64,000 nucleotides of DNA from a virus, in the IMG/VR virus record IMGVR_UViG_3300027566_000006, positions 1 through 64,000 of that record; one strand, 5' to 3'. This document shows positions 48,213 through 58,397 of the stretch, one piece after another. The translations under genes were made by a program, and so were the position numbers. Under the pieces are notes generated by a model that had not been told where the DNA came from, did no database searches, and was given only the letters and a program-made list of their open reading frames with translations. Numbering within the stretch: position 1 is the first letter of the stretch; every line of letters begins with the position of its first letter.

Positions 48213-48557
48213 TTATAGATTTACCGCTATAGTTCCGCTTTTAATCCAGCAATCACAATTAGCAATGACTGTTATTATTGTTATGGTATTATTTGTAATA
48301 TTGCAAACTATCGAAAAATTGTTTGGTTTATCTTGTATAAAAATATCTCTGTTGCTACCAGCATAGGCTGTTATTGTTTTTTCTCCTAGACTGAGTATTG
48401 ATCCTGTTACTTGGTAAAGATCAATTTGTCGTTGCTGTAGTCTGAGTTCTGCATGGTTTGTTAAGCGGATAGAATAGGTATTATTATTAATAGTGAATGT
48501 ATTAATGGAAGTTCCCGCCTTTCTTTTGTGGTTGTGGTTGGTTGTGGTGTTATACAT
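48213..48557 (-). CDS. DUF4258-like (RelE/BrnT-fold) protein
   Basis: LTNHAELRLQQRQI N-terminal motif and terminal ITIITV strand. Confidence 0.45.
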   Translation of the reverse strand: MYNTTTNHNHKRKAGTSINTFTINNNTYSIRLTNHAELRLQQRQIDLYQVTGSILSLGEKTITAYAGSNRDIFIQDKPNNFSIVCNITNNTITIITVIANCDCWIKSGTIAVNL

Positions 48558-49656
48558 TTATTATACTCCTTTCTTTTGTTATTTGTAATTGTATTCGGTT
48601 TATAATCTTTGACAATGGGTATTATATTTATTTTGATTCTATAATACCTATTAATAAGGATTATATTGTGATAGTGTTATGCAGGTCTTACAATTAGTTC
48701 ATTATTCTTAATTTCTACTACTTGGAGCTTGCAAGTAGTGTTTTTTAATTTAAAGGTATCATTCACTTTATAATCCTTTTTAACCTTGCCTATTAGATTT
48801 AGACAACCGGGTGATCTAAAATATACTTTTTTCATTTTGTTGTGCTCCTTCCATTAGTCTGTTATATCATTCCAAGATATTCGCAGTATTCGCCACCATG
48901 ATTATTATATAGTTTAGTTTGTTTCATTAGTGTATAGTCTTCTAATATGCTACATTGTACTAATAGTGTTAATTCTTTTAATGTTGCGTGTACTTGTATT
49001 CTCTTTGTGGCCATTTTAGATTTTAGGTTTCTGGCTTGGTTTGTTATTGTCTTTTGGTCTTTTGTCATTTTGTTATTTCCTTCTTTCTTTTTATTATTGT
49101 TCTGTTATTGTGTTTTAAATATTCTCTATAGAGCTAATTTTATTTTATACTTCTAATTAGCTCTAACAAAATATTATTTGGTGTTATGCTGCCGTTATGG
49201 TTTGTTCTGTTATTGTTTGTTCAGCTAATTGAATTAATTCTTTTAGGCTAAATCTATTACTTTCTTTTAGTTCGGTTTCTTTGTGTTCTTTTGTTATGCT
49301 CCATATGTTGCCATCATTGTTCTTAGTGGCTGAATAGGTTTCCGTAAAATATTTACCAATTCCATTACAATACTTAAAATAATAAAACCTAGTGTATTGT
49401 TTTTCCGTTTCCGTCTCGTTTGTTAATTTGATTAATGAAGGGTATTCATGATCATGCGATGGATTATAGATATAATTTGCTAGATCAATTTTAAAATTAT
49501 TTGCGGTTTGGATTTGAGATAGTTTTTTAAGGTTTTCCTTTTTGAGATTTCTTGCCATTTTAATTCCTTCTTCCTTTTATTTGTTATTTTGTGTATCTGT
49601 TATATCCTCTATAAAGCATATACTTAACTGTTATAGGTATATGCTTTAACAAGATA

Positions 49657-50040
49657 TTAAGATATGAAATGTAATTCCCCATTAACTTCTAAACTTATTG
49701 CATCTTGATTAGCCATTGTTAGTAATTGTTCGCCTATTTCAATAGCTGACTCAATTGCAATTTCTAGGTTATTTGTGTAGCTGAATACTACGGTAATTTT
49801 TTCTTTTATCAATTCCCCTGATGCTGATTTCCAGTAACCTAGTGCGGATGTAGAAGTAGCTCCCCCATTAACCTGGGAGAACGTAGAAGCTGTTAAGTCA
49901 ACCATTTTATTAATTAGTTCCTGTGATAATTCAATATTGTTTTTGTCTTTTGTCGGAACGTATAAAGAGATTTTATGGGATAATTTGAATAGGTTTTTCA
50001 AGGTTTTTTTGTTTTCCATTAGTGTTATTCCTTCTTTCAT
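49657..50040 (-). CDS. DUF3574/PII-like small protein
   Basis: GGATS..ALGYW...KE...QDAI pattern. Confidence 0.4.
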   Translation of the reverse strand: MKEGITLMENKKTLKNLFKLSHKISLYVPTKDKNNIELSQELINKMVDLTASTFSQVNGGATSTSALGYWKSASGELIKEKITVVFSYTNNLEIAIESAIEIGEQLLTMANQDAISLEVNGELHFIS

Positions 50041-50609
50041 TTTTTGTTATTTTAGCATCAAATCTCGGTTTTATACTGAGTGATATTAATTATTCTTCGT
50101 TTATTACTACTCGTTCTATTATATTACTAATTACATTTTGCAATCCAAAAAGTTCTTTTAATGTTAGGGTTCCTTCCTCTTCAACTAATTTTTCTAATAT
50201 GCTTTGATTTCTTAATATTTCGCTAGCTCTTTCTAGTGTTATATGTTGTTTATTTGCCATTTTGATATCTCCTTTCATTTTATTTTAGACTTCTAAAAAC
50301 CTTCAAGCAAGATAATGTTTGTTGGTTGTTATCTTGATTCAAGATTCTCTATTCTCGGTTACTGCACTCTGTTCATATCTTTCAATTTATCTCTACTATA
50401 CTTGTGCCGGGTCAATGCCTCCAGCTATACGGCTTAGTAGGTTAGAGTGCTATATTAGTATTTATATCCTCCACGATTCAATAAATACTTTTTGTATTAG
50501 AGCTTGCATGAGGTAAAGGTAACTCGAATCTGAATCGGCTGGCCTTTAGGTCTAAGCGGTCTAGGCTGTCGGCCTGTTGTTCGTGTGTCTGTATCTCTTA
50601 TCTGAATTC

Positions 50610-50638
50610 AGTATATCAGGTTGGGAATATGAAGTCAA
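50610..50638 (-). promoter_or_regulatory. sigmaA-type promoter at the head of the early region
   Basis: TTGACT-17-TATACT with an AT-rich UP element. Confidence 0.7.
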
Positions 50639-50891
50639 TAGTTTTTTTGAATATTTTTATATTTTTATTTTGATGATTGATTGAGAATAGGTTGGTATTA
50701 GATTGATAATATAATGGTGGTTGCAGCATGATTTGATTGTATAGGTGGTTATATGGCTCAAGGTTGGACGGTAGTATGTTTTATGATGTTTTGTATTCAG
50801 TTGGTTGGTTTATGGTGGTTGTTGGGGAGTATGAGAGGAGGTAATTTAATAGAAGATAAAAAATTGAACATTTACACGGTATAATAAGAGA

Positions 50892-50962
50892 ATTAAAAAA
50901 GTTGTCCGTCAAAACCTATATAGAAATAAATCTATTATATAGTATTCGACAGACAACTTTTA
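50892..50962 (-). terminator. Terminator downstream of ORF 50979..52016
   Basis: AAAAGTTGTC...GACAACTTTT stem with U-tract. Confidence 0.6.
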
Positions 50963-50978
50963 TTTTATATTCATAATA

Positions 50979-52016
50979 TTATAGTTTAATCAATAATTCC
51001 GCTAACTCTTGTTGAGCATATAAATATACATCATTCAATCGGAAAAATTTACTCAATGACATTTCGGACGGTTTGCCGATAATATGATTCATATATTCTT
51101 CTACTTGCTGATCATATTGTTCCTGACTTTTATCATATTTCTTTTGTGCTTGCTCATTTACCGCAAGAACTATCTTATCATTTAACATTCTCTTTTGTAT
51201 TAATAATTCTGCTTGCTGCAAGGCATCATCTATATATTTTTTGGTGAATGATATCTTAATATCTTTATAGGTATAATTTATATTATGCCTTTCTTTTAAT
51301 AATTGGTTGACTCTAGAATAAAATTCTTTTTGCTTAAATTTGAGATGCATTATAGTAATGCTTTCAAGATTCATATTAATTAATGTTTCCTTTTCAATAT
51401 CTCTTATAATATCCTTTTCTTCTTCTGTGGCCTCACGTTCTATTGTTGCATTGGTTGTATTTACTTCTCTTATATTAATCATTGTCAATTCTTCATAGTC
51501 TATTAACCGTCTATTCTTTAAGTTATTTAAAGTGCTGAATATTATTTCCCTTAGTTTTTGGTAAGTTCTTTGGTAAAAATGATTAATATGGTAATCGGTA
51601 ATAAAATCAGAGTCAGCTTTTATATTTTCCTTATCCTCTTGTATATAGTTAATATTGATCATACCTAATAATAAGAATAACTTTTTAAGTGTAATTCTTG
51701 TTTGTTTTCCATCTTGTCTGGATAGATGATTCAATAATAATAATTCAATGTGTTTGATATAAATAGAGTTATTACCATATAAATAATTATCATCTTTGGG
51801 TAATGGAGTGCTATGTATTTTAGTGATTATATATTTTTGTTTATCCTTTTCATAATCAAAATATCTGAGCCATTCTTTTACTTGATAGATTTTTGCATTC
51901 CCGGTCTTTGGTTCTTCGGATAATAGAGTGCATAAAGTCTTATAATTCTTTATTGTTTGGCCTATTGTTAGGTTGGTTTGGATAAGGTTGTATAATGGGT
52001 CTTGTTGTGGTGTCAT
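50979..52016 (-). CDS. Hypothetical protein, possibly DNA-binding
   Basis: 345-aa ORF with own promoter (TTGCAA-17-TACAAT near 52064-52092) and terminator. Confidence 0.6.
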   Translation of the reverse strand: MTPQQDPLYNLIQTNLTIGQTIKNYKTLCTLLSEEPKTGNAKIYQVKEWLRYFDYEKDKQKYIITKIHSTPLPKDDNYLYGNNSIYIKHIELLLLNHLSRQDGKQTRITLKKLFLLLGMININYIQEDKENIKADSDFITDYHINHFYQRTYQKLREIIFSTLNNLKNRRLIDYEELTMINIREVNTTNATIEREATEEEKDIIRDIEKETLINMNLESITIMHLKFKQKEFYSRVNQLLKERHNINYTYKDIKISFTKKYIDDALQQAELLIQKRMLNDKIVLAVNEQAQKKYDKSQEQYDQQVEEYMNHIIGKPSEMSLSKFFRLNDVYLYAQQELAELLIKL

Positions 52017-52773
52017 GGTTTATTAGTCTCCTTTATTATTTATTTGTTTACATAGTTATTATTATTGTATCATGTATGGTATTGGTTTGCAAGTATATTT
52101 ATATTGTGGTTTTGTTAGAGTAAGACCAGACACAATGTTACTCATATTGTATTATTATTTTGTATATATGACGCATATATAGTTTAATGTGCTATACTAA
52201 TTAAATTATTATATGGTAATATGAGTATTATTTGTTTAGATGTGAGGCATATATGGTGTAATATAGGATTAAATAGGTTTAATATGATGTAATGTGATGT
52301 TTAATTGTGTGATATTGTGGTTATTATGTATCATATATGATGATTAATTAGTTTAATGTGTGTCATATTTAAGTTAATGTGATATACTATTTGTATGTCT
52401 TCCATAGTTGATTCCCTGTTATCATCCCCGAAAATTTGTCAAGTAATTTCCCTTGGCAGACTCCAACCGATAGCAATGAACAGTATCAAAACACATCAAG
52501 ACCAGCCAAACTGATCCTATTAGTATAGTTTGCTCTATTCGGCTTATTTCTATCCATATTTCATGCTATCGGCAGCAAATATCAGTACAAAATACCTCTT
52601 TCATAGCGTCCATAATCAAATATAGAGGTACAACACATATTCTGTAGTATTATTTCATGGTCTATAAATCCCATTATATCGGTATTCTTAGCACTTTAAG
52701 TAAGATTAACAGATTATCAATATAATTGACTAGGTATGCCCGCCCTACTTTACAAACTTTAGGGTAAAATTAT

Positions 52774-52787
52774 CGAACACATGTTCT
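52774..52787. promoter_or_regulatory. LexA/DinR SOS box
   Basis: CGAACACATGTTCT, matching GAAC-N4-GTTC. Confidence 0.65.
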
Positions 52788-53032
52788 ACATCTCTTCCCT
52801 ATCGACATCGCGGTTCATTCCGATTCCGAGTAACAACGGTAAATATAAAATTCTAATAAATTTAATTCAAAATACATTCACTATGTAATCGTAAAACATA
52901 CCAAAAATATTATAGTTTTAACCCTAAACACCACAGGGGTATATTAATAAATTTCAATAGATTTTTAATAATAACACCATACTAACTAACCCTCAATCCC
53001 TTATAAATCTACTTCTAACCTATTTACTTAAT

Positions 53033-53075
53033 AAAAAATAGTAGTTAATATACGAACCCATACATTAACTACTAT
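53033..53075 (-). terminator. Intrinsic terminator
   Basis: ATAGTAGTTAAT...ATTAACTACTAT plus U-tract after ORF 53094. Confidence 0.7.
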
Positions 53076-53093
53076 CGAATATACTATATATCT

Positions 53094-54860
53094 TTATTTT
53101 ATTAGTTTAATCTTTTCATAAAATCCTTTCCAATCGCCTTTTATATCATTTGGATACAAATATATCATCTCTCCATAAGGTAGTGTACGATATTTTTCCA
53201 TCTTATTTTTCATCTTATCAATATAATATTTAATTCTAGTATTATATTGTTGCTGTTCTAAAGCAATTCCAAAATACTCAACAATATAAATATTATTATC
53301 AGTAAGTATAATCCAATCTGGGTTCATATTTTTTACAGTAATTTCATTTTCGCTGTTTCTATTATTATAAATAACCGTTTGAAATTCTTTTCTTAACATT
53401 TCATCTATAATACTTTCTTCCACTGAATCAAATTTATTCCTAATAATACCGATATCAAAATCCTGTTCAATAAACTTATCTGGATATAATCTATTAATCC
53501 ATTCAAATAAAGAGTTGTCAAATCTTTTTTTATAAAGAATATTATATAAGGTATCAGATTGCTTTCTTATGCCGTACTTAGTGATATATAAAGGTATTTT
53601 CTCAATTGGTAGTTGCATATCTTTTTCAATTAAATACCGCATAGCTTGATCTACATTATCTCTACTTTGCCAGTATTTTTGTCCTGTTATTGATTTGAAC
53701 TTATAAGCTCCGTACTCATTATTAAAATATTTCATAATAAATCCTAATTTATCTTTTTCAACATTAATCACATACCAATAAGCCTTAGATTCTTTAAGCA
53801 AAGTATTATAATCATATGTATATACATCGTCTATATTTATATTATTATTTTGTAGATACATATTAATAAGTTCTACTGCATCTTCAAACGTTATTTTTTG
53901 AATTATCTTTTTATTTTTTTCTCCTAAATTACTTTTTAGTATTTCTTTATTTTTCAATTTTTTATAAAAGTATTTGTCTACTGATTTCATACTTATGTAT
54001 TCAATAGGTATTTTTGTTATTTCACTTAAAAACTCTTGATTACATTTGTCTAAATTCTCTAATATTATTTCTTTATAAAATTTATTAAGTATGTTAACAA
54101 CATTCAAACTATTATGTAATATGGACGGATAATAAATAATCTTACCTTTTAAATACAATTCATATGTTTCATATATATTTTTGTTTTTATATTTATATAT
54201 ATTATATAGATCCTCCCCACCTTCGTAATAAGCTTTTGTAAATTCTTTATTGTTAATATATTCAATATGTAATTGTTCGCAATTATTACATGTAGTTCTT
54301 AAAGGTTTCTTATTATTTTTATTTACTTCTTTAACCCAAAAGTTTTTATGATAGGGATAATATTTATTACACTTATTACACCTTTGCCATATAATTTCTC
54401 CTTCAAATTCTTTTATAAATGCATTAATACATTCTTTAGACCAGAAGTCATGTTGCTCTATTTCTTCTTCAGTTATACAATCTTTAAATTTCTCATTAAA
54501 GTTTATATCCACTTCTAAGTGTAAATAATCACATGCCTCTTTCATAGCTTTCCTTTGTTCAACAGATAACCTACCAATCTTGCTATTTCCTAATACAACC
54601 TTTAAACCATCTTTAGATATACAATATGTATTTTGTAGCCCACCAGTATTTTCTCCATAATCAATTTGAAATTCTTTTATGTATTCTCCATATCCATTCT
54701 GTTTTAATTGTGACGGTGATAAATTCTTTAATAATACTTTACTACCTATATAACTTAATGGATACCATACACCTCCTTCCTCCATTATCGGAACATTTGT
54801 TCTATTAATTACTATTTCCTTCTGCAAACTATAATAATACCTCCTATTATTTCTAGGCAT
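53094..54860 (-). CDS. Multidomain putative endonuclease (antirepressor-N-like start, zinc ribbon, C-terminal PD-(D/E)xK-like domain)
   Basis: CNKC..CNNC; FDSVEE...PDW...IVEYFG. Confidence 0.5.
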   Translation of the reverse strand: MPRNNRRYYYSLQKEIVINRTNVPIMEEGGVWYPLSYIGSKVLLKNLSPSQLKQNGYGEYIKEFQIDYGENTGGLQNTYCISKDGLKVVLGNSKIGRLSVEQRKAMKEACDYLHLEVDINFNEKFKDCITEEEIEQHDFWSKECINAFIKEFEGEIIWQRCNKCNKYYPYHKNFWVKEVNKNNKKPLRTTCNNCEQLHIEYINNKEFTKAYYEGGEDLYNIYKYKNKNIYETYELYLKGKIIYYPSILHNSLNVVNILNKFYKEIILENLDKCNQEFLSEITKIPIEYISMKSVDKYFYKKLKNKEILKSNLGEKNKKIIQKITFEDAVELINMYLQNNNINIDDVYTYDYNTLLKESKAYWYVINVEKDKLGFIMKYFNNEYGAYKFKSITGQKYWQSRDNVDQAMRYLIEKDMQLPIEKIPLYITKYGIRKQSDTLYNILYKKRFDNSLFEWINRLYPDKFIEQDFDIGIIRNKFDSVEESIIDEMLRKEFQTVIYNNRNSENEITVKNMNPDWIILTDNNIYIVEYFGIALEQQQYNTRIKYYIDKMKNKMEKYRTLPYGEMIYLYPNDIKGDWKGFYEKIKLIK

Positions 54861-54875
54861 AGTATGCCTGATATT

Positions 54876-54904
54876 ATTATATTACTATTATAATACAATG
54901 TCAA
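54876..54904 (-). promoter_or_regulatory. Consensus sigmaA promoter
   Basis: TTGACA-17-TATAAT. Confidence 0.75.
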
Positions 54905-55622
54905 CTATTTTATTTATATATTTATATTTTATTTTTAATACTTATTTTAATCACAAATTCCTCTCCAAAAACCCTTCCAATTTCTCAACCTAACCTTTCA
55001 TACCACCCAACATCTTTCCTCTCAACCTTGAACCAATTTTATAATAAAATACAATAGTTTTTACCTATAAAAATCACACACTTAACTTTCTCTTTATCTC
55101 TGGTCAAATCACATATAAATCAATCCTAAATCTCATACCATAATTTACTATGATTAAAATTAATCAATCCATTCTATTTCAGTTCTAATTTCACACACGC
55201 CCACATATATTTGCTATGCAATAGTAAATAACATAGGATATTTCTAACCTATTAACACTTTTAATCCTTTACCCCTCAATACACCTTTCTATTACCTTTC
55301 AATTACTCACTATTTATTAATCATAGTCATAAACATATTCATTTCATTTAAACGTACTCATACTATTATCTATTTCTTCATATCATTCATTTCTAATACC
55401 CTTTACCCATTAACATTCTTATTGCACAATAACATTTCTAACATTTCAATTGTTACTATTTAAAATTAATGTTAATTATACCTTCACATCTCACCAATTA
55501 AACTTTAACATAATTCCACTATTTACCCTTCTAATCTACTTATATATTTCGTATATATCACTAACCACACAATATATAAAAAGTATATAAACCACAAATC
55601 CAATAGAAAGGAGCAATTTAAA

Positions 55623-56543
55623 ATGACCCAATCAGTAGCTATAGATAACGGATTTCATACAACAAAAATTTACCAACAATCCCCTATCCCTAAATCTTAT
55701 TCTTTTCGCTCTAAATTTCAATCTACCACCTCCCCACTCACTTATCCTAATACTCATTCAATCACTTATAAAAATAATAATTATCTTATAGGAGATCATG
55801 CAGAAGAGATTGATATTAATCTGAATAAAAATAATTCTCTTTTACACTATCTCACAACTCTCACTGGCTTAGGTTTATTATCATCCACACTAACACAACA
55901 CATACAATATAATCTTGTTGCAAATATCCCTATTAATCTTTATAACCAATCTAACAAGGAAGCATTTGAAAATTATCTACGTTCCACTACTCCTATCACT
56001 TATTCATTAAATAATAAACCCATATCCATCTCAATCCCAAATGTAGTGGTATTTCCTCAAGCACTATCGTGTATTTATGTCAACCACATTAAATCAAACC
56101 TTATAGGTATTCTTGATTGTGGAGGAATCACGATCCAAGGGTGTATATGTGAAAACAAAAATCTTATCCATTCAACCGTGTTCACTGAAAATCAAGGAAT
56201 ATTAATTTTATTAAATAAAATAAAGAAAGCACTCAATGCTCAATACAACATCAATATCAATGATTATGAACTAGAATCAATCCTCAAAAATGGTTTATTA
56301 CAAGATAAAGAAAAATCTCTACAAATAATATCCTCTATATGCACTTCTCATATTGAACAAATAATTAAAATAATGAAGTTATCAGGCTGGAATCTTGAAA
56401 ACACTGAAATCCTTTGTGTAGGAGGTGGTTCTTTATTATTAGAGCAATATCTATTAAAATTATTACCTAAATACCGTATATCCAATAATCCAGCTATGGA
56501 TAATGTTCTTGGTTTGTGGGAGGTAGCTAAGAATGTATTCTAA
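55623..56543 (+). CDS. parM: ParM/StbA-family actin-like partition ATPase
   Basis: AIDNGFHTTK, VFPQ, ILDCGGIT and VGGGS actin-fold motifs. Confidence 0.85.
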   Translation: MTQSVAIDNGFHTTKIYQQSPIPKSYSFRSKFQSTTSPLTYPNTHSITYKNNNYLIGDHAEEIDINLNKNNSLLHYLTTLTGLGLLSSTLTQHIQYNLVANIPINLYNQSNKEAFENYLRSTTPITYSLNNKPISISIPNVVVFPQALSCIYVNHIKSNLIGILDCGGITIQGCICENKNLIHSTVFTENQGILILLNKIKKALNAQYNININDYELESILKNGLLQDKEKSLQIISSICTSHIEQIIKIMKLSGWNLENTEILCVGGGSLLLEQYLLKLLPKYRISNNPAMDNVLGLWEVAKNVF

Positions 56544-56820
56544 AAAGAAATTATTTATCTTTCATAATAAAGAGGTAATTGATTATTTAGAGCAACAATC
56601 AAATCAAAGTTATTATGTTGAAAATTTAATATTAAATAATATGAATAATACTACTAATAATGATATAAACATTAATTCAAATGTATATTACTTACTCAAT
56701 GAAATTAAACAGCATATCAATAAAGTATCAATAACCCCAATAAAAAATGAAGAGATAGAATTAAATAATAATGATAACTCTACATCTTCATCTATAATGA
56801 ATATCTTAAATTTTAAATAA
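56533..56820 (+). CDS. ParR-like adaptor (RHH-type)
   Basis: Overlaps the parM stop; YLEQQSNQSYYVENLI motif. Confidence 0.6.
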   Translation: MYSKKKLFIFHNKEVIDYLEQQSNQSYYVENLILNNMNNTTNNDININSNVYYLLNEIKQHINKVSITPIKNEEIELNNNDNSTSSSIMNILNFK

Positions 56821-56838
56821 ACACAAGGAGGAACCCCT

Positions 56839-57066
56839 ATGGAAGAAATGCAAAAATTATTAAATATTATGTTTAATGTAAGTGATCATTTAGAAAATTA
56901 TGATGATAAATTAACAAACACTAACCTACCCGATATCGCTAATGAATCTTATGAATTACTAACTGATTTATTTATAGAAATAACCCCATATCTAACTATT
57001 ATAAAAAATGCTAAATTTAAAGAAGATTTAGAAAGTATGGTAAAAAATATTATTAAGGAGGATTAA
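56839..57066 (+). CDS. Hypothetical protein
   Basis: AAGGAGG RBS. Confidence 0.6.
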   Translation: MEEMQKLLNIMFNVSDHLENYDDKLTNTNLPDIANESYELLTDLFIEITPYLTIIKNAKFKEDLESMVKNIIKED

Positions 57067-57068
57067 TA

Positions 57069-57194
57069 ATGGAAGAAAAACTTACTATCGAAGGTCTTCT
57101 TATATTTACATTTAGAGGTTTATTTCTTTATTGTTTTTTGAATTTAATAACTGGAACTACATTTATTCATTGGATATTAAAATTAACTCAATAA
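57069..57194 (+). CDS. 41-aa hydrophobic peptide
   Basis: MEEKLTIEGLLIFTFRGLFLYCFLNLITGTTFIHWILKLTQ; AAGGAGG RBS. Confidence 0.55.
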   Translation: MEEKLTIEGLLIFTFRGLFLYCFLNLITGTTFIHWILKLTQ

Positions 57195-57215
57195 TAAATT
57201 TAAGGAGGTATATTT

Positions 57216-57311
57216 ATGAATATATTAATAGGAACAGGTAAGGTTTTATGTCTTTGTTCAATATTTTATGGCATATTCTATTTGTTTAAAATTAAAAAAC
57301 AAAGTAGGTAA
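57216..57311 (+). CDS. 31-aa hydrophobic peptide with basic tail
   Basis: MNILIGTGKVLCLCSIFYGIFYLFKIKKQSR; TAAGGAGG RBS. Confidence 0.6.
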   Translation: MNILIGTGKVLCLCSIFYGIFYLFKIKKQSR

Positions 57312-57316
57312 TTCTT

Positions 57317-57589
57317 ATGACAAATTCAAACACAAAATCATCACGCAAAAATATAATTCTACACGAAGAAAAGGCTATTACTCACTTAGAGCAACAGCCT
57401 AATCAATCCAGGTATATAGAAAATCTTATTCTTAGTGATCTTATATCTACTGAATTCAACGATATATTTCAACATTTGAGAAAGTTAAAACAACATTTCA
57501 ATAGTTTACCAGAATCTAATAATCAAAATACTACTACCATTAACTCAGATATTCAAGATTCAATCTCTAGTATTTTATCGTTAGTTTAA
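57317..57589 (+). CDS. Second ParR-like paralog
   Basis: HLEQQPNQSRYIENLI, homologous to 56533..56820. Confidence 0.6.
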   Translation: MTNSNTKSSRKNIILHEEKAITHLEQQPNQSRYIENLILSDLISTEFNDIFQHLRKLKQHFNSLPESNNQNTTTINSDIQDSISSILSLV

Positions 57590-57735
57590 ATCTAATCAAT
57601 TAAATAAAATGACTAATTCCATCCAGAATCATCATACCACCGACACCAATAACTAACCAAATCATATTCTCACTTCCTTTCGTATCATTATTTTAACCAA
57701 TTAAAAAATCATTTATTCATAAGGAGGTTATAAAG

Positions 57736-57825
57736 ATGTTAGATAATCTCATTGGAGCTGGTAAAATCATATGTGGAGTTTTATTCATCATTTTTAGTAT
57801 ATCGGTTATTAGGAAAGGAAGATAA
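57736..57825 (+). CDS. 29-aa hydrophobic peptide, paralog of 57216..57311
   Basis: MLDNLIGAGKIICGVLFIIFSISVIRKGR; AAGGAGG RBS. Confidence 0.6.
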   Translation: MLDNLIGAGKIICGVLFIIFSISVIRKGR

Positions 57826-57828
57826 AAT

Positions 57829-58083
57829 ATGGATATTTGTATATTTGGCGAAGGCGCAGGTTTATATGATGCTTTTAGATCAGGTATTGCTCCTATTTTT
57901 GCTGATATAGCTAAAACTTTATTTTGGTGTTCTACTGTTTACGGTGCTTATTATGTAATACAGATGAGATATACAGAAGGTATAAATAGAATTAAATATG
58001 CAGCAATAGGATATATAATTTTTAGAATGGCAGATAATTTCTTAGTATTGGTTGATAGAATAGCTGACAACATGAAAGTGTAG
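57829..58083 (+). CDS. Small two-TM membrane protein (VirB2/TrbC pilin-like size and topology)
   Basis: Two hydrophobic helices separated by GINRIKYAAIGY. Confidence 0.4.
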   Translation: MDICIFGEGAGLYDAFRSGIAPIFADIAKTLFWCSTVYGAYYVIQMRYTEGINRIKYAAIGYIIFRMADNFLVLVDRIADNMKV

Positions 58084-58086
58084 AAG

Positions 58087-58383
58087 GTGATTCAAATGGA
58101 TATTATATCCAATAAACTAAATGAAATAGTAACTAATTTTACCAGTAATATTCATACTTCTTTAATAGATAAATTTAATGATGCAGAATTATTTGTAATG
58201 GTTACTTTTTGGCAAAATGTTACTGATTTATTACTTTGTATATTAATGATTTATATATATTGGTGCTGTTTTTGTATCATTATGTCTAGAGAAAAAGTTT
58301 CTCTACCGCCATTTGGTGACGCAAAACCCTCTGACCAACTATTTTTTTTATTTTGTTTCTATTTCATTATTAAGTTAGTTTAA
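58087..58383 (+). CDS. Small membrane protein
   Basis: Two hydrophobic segments. Confidence 0.55.
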   Translation: MIQMDIISNKLNEIVTNFTSNIHTSLIDKFNDAELFVMVTFWQNVTDLLLCILMIYIYWCCFCIIMSREKVSLPPFGDAKPSDQLFFLFCFYFIIKLV

Positions 58384-58397
58384 GGAGGTTATAAACA

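Larger units (their letters stand above)
41730..49634 (-). repeat. Polarised heptamer ATAACAG (CTGTTAT on +), 31 exact copies counted
   Basis: Examples at 41730, 41862, 41955, 42192, 42254, 43514, 45180, 45248, 45577, 46611, 47649, 48210, 48859, 49207, 49628. Confidence 0.85.
40094..50278 (-). other. Early/host-takeover-like region: small ORFs with multiple promoters and intergenic stem-loops
   Basis: ORF track; promoters at 40308, 41642, 44054, 45465, 47568 and 50610. Confidence 0.7.

Noticed and set aside
823-54808. Numerous 60-100 aa plus-strand ORFs in the track (e.g. 1360, 6536, 19475, 39423, 40974)
   Set aside because: Antisense shadows of minus-strand genes with no RBS; typical of AT-rich coding DNA
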